From contig OZ246001.1 in the NCBI GenBank assembly GCA_965230295.1, positions 3,872,001 to 3,936,000 on the forward strand: a stretch of DNA of 64,000 bases. Reading direction: 5' to 3'. This document shows positions 18,478 to 28,219 of the stretch, in pieces. The translations under genes and the position numbers were made by a program. Each line of letters opens with the position of its first letter. The stretch's first letter is position 1. The stretch comes from Marinicella sp. GTDB taxonomy: Bacteria > Pseudomonadota > Gammaproteobacteria > Xanthomonadales > Marinicellaceae. Under the pieces are notes generated by a model. That model was not told the DNA's origin. It worked only from the letters and a program-made list of their open reading frames with translations, and ran no database searches.

Positions 18478-19644
18478 TTAAAAGGCGTTTTTACCAGTTA
18501 ATTCTCGCCCAACCACCAATTGGTGAATGGTTTCAGTGCCTTCGTAAGTAATGACACTTTCCAAATTCAGCATGTGACGAATGGCCACATGTTCAGTGGT
18601 GATTCCAGCGCCACCCAGCATGTCTCGACACTCACGTGCAATGTCCAAGGCCATTCTGACGTTGTTCCATTTAGCCATTGAAATTTGTGTCGGCTGTAGC
18701 TGGTCAGCATCTTTTAATTGACCCAACCTCACTGCCACCAATTGAGCAGTGGTGATGCGGCGAGACATGTCAGCCAGTTTTTGTTGGATGATCTGGTTTG
18801 AATTCAATGAACGATCAAATAAAATCCTTTCTTCGGTGTAATCCAACACTTCCCGTAAACATGCCTGGGCCGATCCAATGGGCCCCCATGAAATTCCATA
18901 ACGGGCATTTGACAAACAACTCAGTGGTCCCTTAAGGCCTTTCACATGAGGCAAACGATTGGCATCCGGAACCCGCACATCATCGAAGAACAGTGCTGAA
19001 GTTACTGATGCGCGTAAAGACATTTTTCTATGGATCAGTTCAGTATCAAAACCTGGCATGCCTTTTTCAAGTATAAAACCTTGTATGCCATCCTCAGTCT
19101 GGGCCCAAACGATCGCATTATCGGCTATGGAACCGTTGGTGATCCACATTTTCGAACCATTGATGATCCAATCATCACCATCTTTTTTGGCATTAGTTTT
19201 CATCGATGCCGGATCTGAACCGGCGTGCGGTTCTGTTAAACCAAAACAACCTATGACTTCGCCTTTTGCCATGGCAGGCAACCAGCGTTGCTTTTGTTCT
19301 TCGCTGCCAAAAGCATAAATGGGAAACATACACAATGAGCTTTGTACAGATGCAAAGCTGCGCAAGCCACTGTCACCACGTTCAAGTTCCTGACAAATCA
19401 AACCATAAGAGGTGTAATTCAGGCCGGCACAATCATAACCATTTATGGTGCTGCCAAACAATCCCAGCTCAGCCATTTCTGGGATCAAATCCATTGGAAA
19501 TTCATGGTTATCAAAAGCCGGGCCTATCACCGGAATGACGCGTTCGTCAACCCAGCGTCCGATTGATTCTTGCACCATCAATTCTTCTTCCGACAACAGT
19601 GCTTTGACATTAAAAATATCTAATTTGTCGATTTTTGACGACAT
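18478..19644 (-). CDS. gcdH: Acyl-CoA dehydrogenase, glutaryl-CoA dehydrogenase-like
   Basis: ELERGDSGLRSFASVQSSL, GCFGLTEPHAGSDP, ITYEGT; start at 19644 (SD GGGGA). Confidence 0.8.
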   Translation of the reverse strand: MSSKIDKLDIFNVKALLSEEELMVQESIGRWVDERVIPVIGPAFDNHEFPMDLIPEMAELGLFGSTINGYDCAGLNYTSYGLICQELERGDSGLRSFASVQSSLCMFPIYAFGSEEQKQRWLPAMAKGEVIGCFGLTEPHAGSDPASMKTNAKKDGDDWIINGSKMWITNGSIADNAIVWAQTEDGIQGFILEKGMPGFDTELIHRKMSLRASVTSALFFDDVRVPDANRLPHVKGLKGPLSCLSNARYGISWGPIGSAQACLREVLDYTEERILFDRSLNSNQIIQQKLADMSRRITTAQLVAVRLGQLKDADQLQPTQISMAKWNNVRMALDIARECRDMLGGAGITTEHVAIRHMLNLESVITYEGTETIHQLVVGRELTGKNAF

Positions 19645-19758
19645 GTGTATCCCCATACAAAAAAGTAAAGCAACATTTTACTCGACTGTGGGGTACAGTG
19701 ATAGTGCTGAACGTTAATTTAAAACAACCGTTTCAAGCATGGGAATGTGGTCAGAAGT

Positions 19759-19797
19759 CACGCCCCAAAATGACCAAAAAAGGTCTTTTGGGGCGTG
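19759..19797. other. Strong intergenic stem-loop
   Basis: CACGCCCCAAAA...TTTTGGGGCGTG 12-bp perfect arms plus inner GACC/GGTC; no clear U-tract. Confidence 0.6.
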
Positions 19798-19808
19798 TAA
19801 ATAGAAGG

Positions 19809-20459
19809 TTAATTTTGCTTATCAGAACCCTGGGGATCTTCACCAGTAAACATCAAATATTTAGCCAATTCGCTGTCATACTTTTCTTGTGTTGTGGTAA
19901 TCTCTGCCGTTTTGTCAATGATGAACTGCTTTTGGTAGTCAATTTGATTTTTAACTTGAGTGATTTGATCTAAAAATACATCTGAAACCACTTCTCCACT
20001 GCGTTCCTTATCGGCAGCTCTCTTCAATAAATCCTTGTGATTTTTTTCTTGTATTAACAAATTTTCACTGGCAGTGGCAATGTTCCTTTCTAAGGCCGAT
20101 ACCCGTTCATTCTTTAACCTTTTAATTTGGTCAGCACTGGAATAAGACATCAGGATTTTATTCCGCTCGGCAGCCAATGCTTCAGCATCGCGCTGTTTTT
20201 GAGCGGCCAATTCACGCTGTCTTTTGTACTCTTCAGCCCTGGCTACTTTTTCTTCGTCAGTCAAATCTTTATCTACAGTGTCTTTGACAACACCATGTTC
20301 ATTAAGCTCTTTGTGTTCATTTCTGATCTGATCTGGAGGCACTTTGTCACTGTAATGCACTTTGCCGTTCTCATCGACCCATTTATATAACTTGGCTGCA
20401 CTGGCTGGCAATGAACTCAGCATCAACATCAAGCAAGTTATTTTCATTAAAATTTTCAT
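19809..20459 (-). CDS. DUF4124 domain secreted protein with coiled coil
   Basis: Signal peptide then LYKWVDENGKVHYSDKVPP. Confidence 0.85.
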   Translation of the reverse strand: MKILMKITCLMLMLSSLPASAAKLYKWVDENGKVHYSDKVPPDQIRNEHKELNEHGVVKDTVDKDLTDEEKVARAEEYKRQRELAAQKQRDAEALAAERNKILMSYSSADQIKRLKNERVSALERNIATASENLLIQEKNHKDLLKRAADKERSGEVVSDVFLDQITQVKNQIDYQKQFIIDKTAEITTTQEKYDSELAKYLMFTGEDPQGSDKQN

Positions 20460-20463
20460 ACTT

Positions 20464-21255
20464 CTAACCTTTTGTAAATAAAACCAACAAAGCCACAAAA
20501 ACCAACCACACCACCAGCATCCGTTTTAATACCGTAAAAGTAGTGATCTCAACAATTTGTTCTTTGTTTTCATCTTCTGTCTCAATTTCACAATGCTCAA
20601 CTGCGAAGTCCATAGATTTATACAGGAATAGACTGTTCATTGAAAGCAGAGTTTCACGAGTTAAATATTGTTTACAATGTTTCCAGATCCGATCAAAGTC
20701 ACTGGCCAAAGCCAATGAAACAGTCATCAATACAGTTACGGGAAACTCCAAAACCTGCAGGGCATGCTTTTCAAATTCATCATTCTCATCTTTCAAGTGG
20801 GCCAGATGACATGCAATGCGATACCCCAAGGCACCGTAAACTCCCAACAATACATACCAGAAAAACACCCCAAACCAGCGATGTAATGCGGCATCAGTGA
20901 TGGCGTAAACAACTTCTGATGGTTCAGCATCATCTGCGATACCTAATTGACTGCGTAGAGACTTACTTGCTAATTGAGACTCAATGGTACGCGGTCCCAA
21001 ACAGTAATACAATACCGCCACACTGAGTAACAAGTAACTGGCATCGTATCGATCAATATCGGCCAGCACATGAAACACAAACCAAAATCCTGTCAGAGGT
21101 AACAACACCAGCATCGCCCATTGTAATCTCACCCCTTCTACAGAATCTTTGATTTGTTCTTTCAACGCTTCCAGCCAATGAAATGAGCGCAGCCATTGCG
21201 GCTTTTCAACATAGTGATAAAGTGCAAAAGCCAAAATTATTGCCAATAATTTCAT
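20464..21255 (-). CDS. ampE: AmpE-family membrane protein
   Basis: LYYCLGP, HRWFGVFFWYVLLG...LGYR; multiple TM helices. Confidence 0.7.
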   Translation of the reverse strand: MKLLAIILAFALYHYVEKPQWLRSFHWLEALKEQIKDSVEGVRLQWAMLVLLPLTGFWFVFHVLADIDRYDASYLLLSVAVLYYCLGPRTIESQLASKSLRSQLGIADDAEPSEVVYAITDAALHRWFGVFFWYVLLGVYGALGYRIACHLAHLKDENDEFEKHALQVLEFPVTVLMTVSLALASDFDRIWKHCKQYLTRETLLSMNSLFLYKSMDFAVEHCEIETEDENKEQIVEITTFTVLKRMLVVWLVFVALLVLFTKG

Positions 21256-21286
21256 CAGTTATTTACTCAATTCTTTATGTTTAATA

Positions 21287-21295
21287 ATTATACCA
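21287..21295 (-). promoter_or_regulatory. Extended -10 promoter of ampE
   Basis: Minus strand TGgTATAAT about 30 nt upstream of the start. Confidence 0.55.
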
Positions 21296-21308
21296 CATGA
21301 CAAATTTT

Positions 21309-22640
21309 CTAAGCCCTGACAAAGATCGCCATGGATTCCACATGTGAGGTGTGAGGGAACATGTCCATAACCCCTGCTGTTTGTAGTGTGAACCCCAATT
21401 CATTGACCAAACGATCAGTGTCTCTGGCTAAACTCGCAGGGTGGCATGAGACATAAACCAGTGTTTTGGCGGCGGTTTGTGCAATCAAAGGTAAAATCTC
21501 CCAAGCCCCACTTCTTGGCGGATCAATCAACACCTTGTTGTAGGGACGTTTGAACCAATCACTGTTGCTGTGATCATGAGTCAGATCAGCTTTATAAAAT
21601 TCAACACCGTTCAACTGGTTCAATTCAGCATTGTGTTTGGCACGGTTTACCAATTGCTCATCACCTTCCACACCAACCACTTGCTTGGCCGTTTTGGCCA
21701 TTGGCAAGGTGAAATTACCCAATCCACAGAACAAGTCCAAAACCACATCATCCGCTTTGAGCTCCATGGCAGTCAATGCCTGGGCAATCATTTTTTCATT
21801 CATGTGGCGATTCACTTGTATGAAATCATTGGGTAAAAATTCATAAGTTAAATCATGACTGTTGAGGGTGAAACTCAACGGATTGTCATATGTCTCTATG
21901 GGTTTCACCGTGTCAGGTCCTTTGGATTGTAAAAAGATTTGTAAGTTGTGCTGATCCCTGAACTTTTTAAGCAACATCAAATCATCTGTATTGAAGGGTT
22001 TCATGTGTCGGATGATCAATGAAATCTCACCATCTCCCATCGAACATTCAACTTGAGGAATGAATGCTTTGATGCTGGTTTGTGCAAATAATTCAGCCAG
22101 CGGCTGGATCAAATCAGCCAGTGGCTTTTCCAACACTTTGCAATGATTCATGTCGGCCACAAATCGGCCATTTTTTTCACGAAAGCCCACCAGCATTTTG
22201 TCTTTGGCTATCACCCACTTTGCGCTTAATCTTGCACGGCGACGGTAATTCCAATGGGTGTCTGTCAATGGTGGCAACCATTGGGCAGGCTCTATGTGAG
22301 ATATTTTATGAAAATTACTCTTTAACGTATTGAATTTAAAGTTAATTTGTTTTTGTTCCCGCAAATGCATCATCGAGCATCCGTTACAAACCGTATAAAA
22401 TTCACACTGCGGGTCAACCCGATCTTCGGAGGCTTTTAAGATCTCAGTGGCCAAAGCCTCGTTGTAATTTCTGGTTTTGCGATTCAGCTTGGCCATCACC
22501 ACCTCACCGGGTAAGGCGTTTTGGACAAAAACCACTTTGTCATTCCATTTGGCCACCCCCCTGCCATCATGACTTAAATCTTCAATGGTCATTTTTATGG
22601 GTTCTTGGGGCAGCTTATTTCTTGATCTTCTGCTCATCAA
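21309..22640 (-). CDS. rlmD: 23S rRNA (uracil1939-C5)-methyltransferase
   Basis: TRAM domain, CEFYTVCNGC Fe-S motif, LDLFCGLGNF, DPPRSG, YVSC, DMFPHTSHVES. Confidence 0.97.
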   Translation of the reverse strand: MMSRRSRNKLPQEPIKMTIEDLSHDGRGVAKWNDKVVFVQNALPGEVVMAKLNRKTRNYNEALATEILKASEDRVDPQCEFYTVCNGCSMMHLREQKQINFKFNTLKSNFHKISHIEPAQWLPPLTDTHWNYRRRARLSAKWVIAKDKMLVGFREKNGRFVADMNHCKVLEKPLADLIQPLAELFAQTSIKAFIPQVECSMGDGEISLIIRHMKPFNTDDLMLLKKFRDQHNLQIFLQSKGPDTVKPIETYDNPLSFTLNSHDLTYEFLPNDFIQVNRHMNEKMIAQALTAMELKADDVVLDLFCGLGNFTLPMAKTAKQVVGVEGDEQLVNRAKHNAELNQLNGVEFYKADLTHDHSNSDWFKRPYNKVLIDPPRSGAWEILPLIAQTAAKTLVYVSCHPASLARDTDRLVNELGFTLQTAGVMDMFPHTSHVESMAIFVRA

Positions 22641-22671
22641 TGCTTCCTTTTATTCTGTCTTATGGTTGTGA

Positions 22672-23274
22672 TTATTTTTTAACCCACTGCCCTTGCGTGT
22701 TTTGATATGACCAGCCAGGTTTCGCTTGATCAATCCATTCTTGTACCCAAATGTCTCTGATTTGCTTTTCCCATTCAGGATGATCATTGGCAATCGCCAA
22801 CTCCCGGTATAAGGCGTTGCGATCCCTGTTTTCATCGGCAACTAATTTTTTAGCTGCTTGGCGGTCTTTCAGGCTCAATTGAGATAAATCGACTATTTCG
22901 ACCAAACCATTCCGATTAAACCCAACTATATTGCGATTCAAGTAATCTCTCATGCCACTGTTCATTCTGTCAATCATCCGATCCTGGATGGCTTCAATGG
23001 CTGGTGAAGTTAACGTCGTATCAGGCTGGGCATGGGCGCTGCCAACAAACCAATTGATGGGGTTCATGCCAAAGGCAATAGAACGCATCACTTCAGGCTT
23101 GAAAAATTGACTTTGGCCATCATCTGCTTGATTGGGGTCTTCTCGCAACACTTCTTCAACAAACTTCTCGGCTGCCGATTCCACTTCTGCAGCAGGAAAA
23201 TAGACATTGATGGTGACACAGGCAGTAACCCACACAAAGGAAAACAGCAGCATAGATTTGGACCATTTATTCAT
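22672..23274 (-). CDS. Lipoprotein with YnbE-like N-terminus and YdbL (DUF1318) domain
   Basis: Lipobox VTAC-VTINVYF; LVADENRDRNALYRELA...QNTQGQW. Confidence 0.75.
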   Translation of the reverse strand: MNKWSKSMLLFSFVWVTACVTINVYFPAAEVESAAEKFVEEVLREDPNQADDGQSQFFKPEVMRSIAFGMNPINWFVGSAHAQPDTTLTSPAIEAIQDRMIDRMNSGMRDYLNRNIVGFNRNGLVEIVDLSQLSLKDRQAAKKLVADENRDRNALYRELAIANDHPEWEKQIRDIWVQEWIDQAKPGWSYQNTQGQWVKK

Positions 23275-23333
23275 AACTCTTTACCGATTAAAAATGGCTC
23301 CATTATACAATGTAAGAATTAATGAAATATGAA

Positions 23334-25286
23334 TCAATTACTGTAATTGGCATTGAGTAAGCGGCTGATGAACTCTTCCCAATTGATGGATCTGACAAAG
23401 CCGACAATATTGATCTTTGGAATTCCACCACCTTCAACAATAATGAATTGATTGCTTTTATTCTTCAACCCGCCAATCTCGCATACCGAGTTATGCAATT
23501 TACAACTGAGCATGATTCTTTTGTACCTGAAATCATCAAAGAACCGCAAAAATGTACTTGAAATGGCACCTTTGATGCCGCCCAGCGAAGATATATTCTC
23601 AATCGCACGCTGACTGATGATTTGTTTGATCCCTTTGGTTTTGACTGTATAAACCTGAGCATCCAGCCGATCAGTTTTCCAGTTGGTGATGCGCAATTCA
23701 TCCACCTGACCATGTAATTTTCCAGTGATCAGTCCAAAACCAAATGTTTCAGTCAGTATAGAAAGATCAAAACCAGAAAATATCACATCGCCAGCAATCA
23801 CCGGTGCAACTCCAAATAACCGTTCAATCGATAAGTTGTTGACTGTCATATCCCCATCAAAAACTTGCAATTGCAAATCACCCAAGAATTGAATCACACT
23901 GCCCTGCTTGATCATACCCGGAATGTCACCACTGATGGTACCTGACATGATCGGCCACCCCATTTTTTCAGTGATCAAACGCAAGGATATGGGCAGCACA
24001 TTGGCATCAACCTGCATGTCAACGAACTCAGAGAATAACTTTTGCACTTCAAAGGCCTTCAACTCAATGATGCCATCAAATACGGGGAAGCGATGTTCAC
24101 CCAATAGCTTCACTTCATCTTGAGAAAAATTCAATTGCACCGATGAAGGACCCACTGGTAAACCCGCAAACAACAGGCTTTCCCAGTTCAATGCAGAATC
24201 AGGAGCTTGGCTGTATTGATACCAATGAACTTTGCCATCTAATGATTGCACATCAATTTTTCGTCCTTCATTGAGGAAATAATAGTCTTTGAAATCTATT
24301 TGCCATTGATCCAATAGATCTTGCTTTGAATGCGCAGTGACAACAAACTGACCTGACATGGCATTGTCACTGACGCCGTATATACCCAGCAAACTGTTCA
24401 GAATTTGCTGATTGAAATGATGGCTGTCTGTGACTGACATACTGAAGTATGGGTCAATAACATCCAAGTTCCGGTTGATCTCCCAGTTGGCGTCCAGGTG
24501 CATTGAGGGCTGATTAACCACAGTGGTGTTGACCTGATAATAATGACCTTCGTCGAGTTGAGTTGCGGTGCTTTGAATGAACAACGGAAAACCCGAAAAA
24601 TCAATGTACAACTGCTCATAGAGCATTTCACCTGATGTCAGCTGAATGTCAGCTTCAATTTCAGTCAAGCTGAGATTAGCCTCCATGCCTAACTGGCCAG
24701 CCAAGCCTGCCACTATGATGTCTTCGGAGTGTTCGTAATTCAATCCGGTGAACTTGATAGGACCTTGGTTTTTCAATGTGCCATTGGCCAGATTCAATGT
24801 CAGCTGGCCAGACAATTCAACCTCGGGAATTTGATCAATTCCCTTCATCCCCACCATGCGCATTAACTGACTGAATTGAACACCTTGTAATCCCAAGTTG
24901 ATTATTTCACTGTCTGAACTCAACTGCGCCGTGATAAGACCTGTTGAATCAAGTAATTGCAATGACCACTCATGGTGCTCAAAATCATACAAAACATCTG
25001 CCTGGAAAACATGTTTCACACCTTCATAATCAAAAGCAATTTGGCTCCGACTACAGCGGTGAACAGGGAACACCAAAAATTCTTTTGGACATTGGTATGA
25101 AATGTGGTCAAAGATGATCGAGTCAGCATACTTCAATTGATCTATTGACAGGGTGACTTCATCGGTGGCACTGAGGCCTAAGCGTAAGCCATGCACCTGC
25201 CATTGGGTTGATGATGGTGCTTGTGCATTTGAACTGCTCCACATAATCAGCAAGAACAGGCATTTCAACCCACAAAGGACTTGCAT
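23334..25286 (-). CDS. YdbH/AsmA-like beta-rich envelope protein
   Basis: Signal peptide from MQVLCG; repetitive beta-strand composition; upstream of the YdbL-family gene. Confidence 0.55.
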   Translation of the reverse strand: MQVLCGLKCLFLLIMWSSSNAQAPSSTQWQVHGLRLGLSATDEVTLSIDQLKYADSIIFDHISYQCPKEFLVFPVHRCSRSQIAFDYEGVKHVFQADVLYDFEHHEWSLQLLDSTGLITAQLSSDSEIINLGLQGVQFSQLMRMVGMKGIDQIPEVELSGQLTLNLANGTLKNQGPIKFTGLNYEHSEDIIVAGLAGQLGMEANLSLTEIEADIQLTSGEMLYEQLYIDFSGFPLFIQSTATQLDEGHYYQVNTTVVNQPSMHLDANWEINRNLDVIDPYFSMSVTDSHHFNQQILNSLLGIYGVSDNAMSGQFVVTAHSKQDLLDQWQIDFKDYYFLNEGRKIDVQSLDGKVHWYQYSQAPDSALNWESLLFAGLPVGPSSVQLNFSQDEVKLLGEHRFPVFDGIIELKAFEVQKLFSEFVDMQVDANVLPISLRLITEKMGWPIMSGTISGDIPGMIKQGSVIQFLGDLQLQVFDGDMTVNNLSIERLFGVAPVIAGDVIFSGFDLSILTETFGFGLITGKLHGQVDELRITNWKTDRLDAQVYTVKTKGIKQIISQRAIENISSLGGIKGAISSTFLRFFDDFRYKRIMLSCKLHNSVCEIGGLKNKSNQFIIVEGGGIPKINIVGFVRSINWEEFISRLLNANYSN

Positions 25287-25337
25287 TCTGCATGTTATGA
25301 TCTTATTCTTGAGCGACAAGGACACTGAGGGTTTAGC

Positions 25338-26021
25338 ATGGATAAAAATTTTATTTTAGTGGTTGATGACAATCACATCAATCGACTTTTCTTTGAATCT
25401 TCATTTAAGAAACATGGCTTTCAAGTCTTTTTGGCCGAAAATGGTTACCAGGCATTAGACATGTGCCAAGAAAGGGACTTTGCCATCATCTTGATGGACA
25501 TTCGCATGGATGGCATGGATGGCATCCAAGCTGCAACTGCCATCAAAAAGATCCCTGCCCAACAACTCACACCCATTATTGCCGTTTCAGCCGAACGGTT
25601 TGATTGGGAAAACCACCCTGCCTTCACCAACAGTCTGCTCAAACCCATCAGCCAAGATGACATACAACACATCATCACAACTTACGTCAACAACAATCAT
25701 GTATTCGACCACAAAAGCGCTTTGGAGATTTCTCACAATGATGAGGAAATTGTTGCCAAGCTGAGGCACATGCTGATAAATCAATTGCCTGATGATTGGC
25801 AAACAATCAAACGATTGCACCATAATAATAACTTTCTGGAATTAGATGCCACGCTGCATAAAGTGGCAGGGTCTGCCAGGGTCTGTGCTGCCAACTTATT
25901 GGTCAAACAACTGGAGCTTTATAAACAAAATTTATCGAACGATACACTCAGAGAACAGTACTACCACCAATTAAAGGCTGCCATTCACACCACCATACAA
26001 AGCGATGGCACTGACTTTTAG
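25338..26021 (+). CDS. Response regulator receiver + Hpt domain protein
   Basis: LVVDDN, ILMDIRMDGMDG, KP; Hpt LHKVAGSA. Confidence 0.88.
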   Translation: MDKNFILVVDDNHINRLFFESSFKKHGFQVFLAENGYQALDMCQERDFAIILMDIRMDGMDGIQAATAIKKIPAQQLTPIIAVSAERFDWENHPAFTNSLLKPISQDDIQHIITTYVNNNHVFDHKSALEISHNDEEIVAKLRHMLINQLPDDWQTIKRLHHNNNFLELDATLHKVAGSARVCAANLLVKQLELYKQNLSNDTLREQYYHQLKAAIHTTIQSDGTDF

Positions 26022-26052
26022 TCGATAGAAAAGACTGAAATTTGGGAAATCC

Positions 26053-26361
26053 TCAAGAACCGACTTTGTCTTTGACTTGTTCTTTTAAGTCTTTACCTGG
26101 CTTGAAATGTGGCGCATATTTGGCGCCCAATGGAACGGGTTCACCTGTTTTGGGATTGCGGCCCATTCTGGGGTTTCTTTGACGTAATGTGAAGCTACCA
26201 AAACCACGTATTTCGATGCGATCGCCGTTGGCAATGGTAGAACTCATGTGATTGATGATTTCTCTGACTGATAGACTGATGTCAGATTTTGATAATTCAC
26301 TGCCCTCGAATTGGGCTGCAAGTAAATTAATGAGTTCAGAACGTGTTATAGAATCTTTCAT
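26053..26361 (-). CDS. ihfB: Integration host factor beta subunit
   Basis: [25 protein letters not shown]; downstream of rpsA. Confidence 0.95.
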   Translation of the reverse strand: MKDSITRSELINLLAAQFEGSELSKSDISLSVREIINHMSSTIANGDRIEIRGFGSFTLRQRNPRMGRNPKTGEPVPLGAKYAPHFKPGKDLKEQVKDKVGS

Positions 26362-26416
26362 TGTGATTAATTATAACTAAACTATTGAAAATGAAAAGAT
26401 AATTATTTCAGAAAAT

Positions 26417-26453
26417 AAAAAAAGGAACCAAACCACAACAGTTCGGTTCCTTT
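26417..26453 (-). terminator. Rho-independent terminator after rpsA
   Basis: Minus strand AAAGGAACCGAAC...GTTTGGTTCCTTTTTTT. Confidence 0.8.
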
Positions 26454-26475
26454 AGAAGGTCTAAAGAGCTCCGGA

Positions 26476-28125
26476 TCAATCGTCCATTTTCTCTTTCAAC
26501 AAATCACCCAAGCTGGTGGTTCCTGAACTGCCTTTTTTGTATTCTTTCAATACATCATTCAGTTCATCACTTTCCTTGGCTTTGATAGACAACACCAACA
26601 TTTTCTTGCGGCGATCCATTGAAACAAATTTGGCTTCAACTTCATCACCTACTGACAATACAGCGCTGACATCGTCGGTGCGTTCTTTGGCCACATCAAA
26701 TGCTTTGATCAAACCATTAACACCTTCTTCCAATTCAACAACAGCTTCTTTTTCATCCACTTCAATGACTTTACCTGTCACCAATGATCCTTTCGGGTTG
26801 TTAGCCACGTATGAACCAAATGGATCTTGAGCCAATTGCTTGATACCCAATGAAACACGCTCTCTTTCAGCGTCAATGATCAATACAGTGGCTTTAACCA
26901 AATCACCTTTCTTGAAGTTCCTGATGGCTGTTTCACCAGGCTCATTCCAAGAGATGTCAGACAAGTGAACCAAACCATCAATACCACCTTCCAGACCGAT
27001 AAAGATACCGAAGTCAGTGATCGATTTGATCTTACCTTCAATCACATCACCTTTCTGGGCATTTTCAGAGAAGATCACCCAAGGGTTAGGCTTACATTGT
27101 TTCATGCCCAATGAGATGCGGCGTTTGTTCTCTTCAATTTCAAGGATACAAACTTCAACTTCATCACCAGGTTGAACCACTTTAGCCGGGTTGATGTTTT
27201 TGTTGGTCCAATCAATTTCAGAAACGTGAACCAAACCTTCAATACCGTCTTCAATTTCAACAAAACAACCATAGTCAGTGATGTTGGTCACATTACCGAA
27301 GTGACGTGAACCCACTGGGTGACGACGTGACAAGTCTTTCCAAGGATCTTCGCCCAATTGTTTCAGGCCTAAAGATACACGTTGATTTTCTTTGTCAAAT
27401 TTCAGTACACGAACTTCCAGTTCTTGACCAATTTCAACCACCTCTGAAGGGTGGTTAACGCGTTTCCATGACATGTCGGTGATGTGCAATAAGCCATCGA
27501 TACCACCCAAGTCTAAGAAAGCACCATAATCAGTTAAATTCTTAACAATACCTTTAACGATAACACCATCTTCCAATGAATCCAGTAACTTATCACGGTC
27601 TTCAGAGTAATCAGACTCAACCACTGCACGACGTGAAACCACGACATTGTTGCGTTTTTGGTCTAATTTAATGACTTTGAATTCCAAGTCTTTACCTTCC
27701 AGGTAACCAGGATCACGGACAGGTCTGACATCAACCAAAGAACCAGGCAAGAACGCTCTGATGTCTTTCAATTCAACGGTGAATCCACCGCGAACTTTAG
27801 AGGTGATTTGACCAATAACGATTTGATCGGTGTCCATAGCGATTTGTAATTGATCCCATACCAACATGCGTTTGGCTTTTTCACGAGACAATACGGTTTC
27901 GCCGAAACCATTTTCATATTTTTCCAGTGCCACTTCAACAACGTCGCCAATTTCAACTTCGTTGCCAAATTCTTCTAAAGGAATCACACCTTCAGATTTC
28001 AAACCAGCATCAACTACGGCAAAACCGTTTTCAATGTCAACTACAGTACCTTTAACAATGGTACCAGGGATGATGTTTTTACTGGACAGCTCGGATTCGA
28101 GCATTGCTTCAAAATTTTCACTCAT
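26476..28125 (-). CDS. rpsA: 30S ribosomal protein S1
   Basis: [17 protein letters not shown], repeated TDYGAF...GLLHI S1 motifs; start MSENFE at 28125. Confidence 0.99.
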   Translation of the reverse strand: MSENFEAMLESELSSKNIIPGTIVKGTVVDIENGFAVVDAGLKSEGVIPLEEFGNEVEIGDVVEVALEKYENGFGETVLSREKAKRMLVWDQLQIAMDTDQIVIGQITSKVRGGFTVELKDIRAFLPGSLVDVRPVRDPGYLEGKDLEFKVIKLDQKRNNVVVSRRAVVESDYSEDRDKLLDSLEDGVIVKGIVKNLTDYGAFLDLGGIDGLLHITDMSWKRVNHPSEVVEIGQELEVRVLKFDKENQRVSLGLKQLGEDPWKDLSRRHPVGSRHFGNVTNITDYGCFVEIEDGIEGLVHVSEIDWTNKNINPAKVVQPGDEVEVCILEIEENKRRISLGMKQCKPNPWVIFSENAQKGDVIEGKIKSITDFGIFIGLEGGIDGLVHLSDISWNEPGETAIRNFKKGDLVKATVLIIDAERERVSLGIKQLAQDPFGSYVANNPKGSLVTGKVIEVDEKEAVVELEEGVNGLIKAFDVAKERTDDVSAVLSVGDEVEAKFVSMDRRKKMLVLSIKAKESDELNDVLKEYKKGSSGTTSLGDLLKEKMDD

Positions 28126-28210
28126 TATGTATTTCCGGTAAACCAAAGGTGGGTTTACCTAAGTCATCTGTATCAGTTTGCCTGATACTCGTTAAAAAAA
28201 GTTTAAACAA
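28126..28210 (-). promoter_or_regulatory. Structured rpsA 5' leader (candidate S1 autoregulatory region)
   Basis: Hairpins at 28170-28188 and 28137-28159 with A/U-rich spacers and no canonical SD, as in gammaproteobacterial rpsA leaders. Confidence 0.55.
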
Positions 28211-28219
28211 CCTATTCGT

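Noticed and set aside
26476-28125. Internal sequence repeats in rpsA
   Set aside because: Normal S1 domain repeats, not a repeat array
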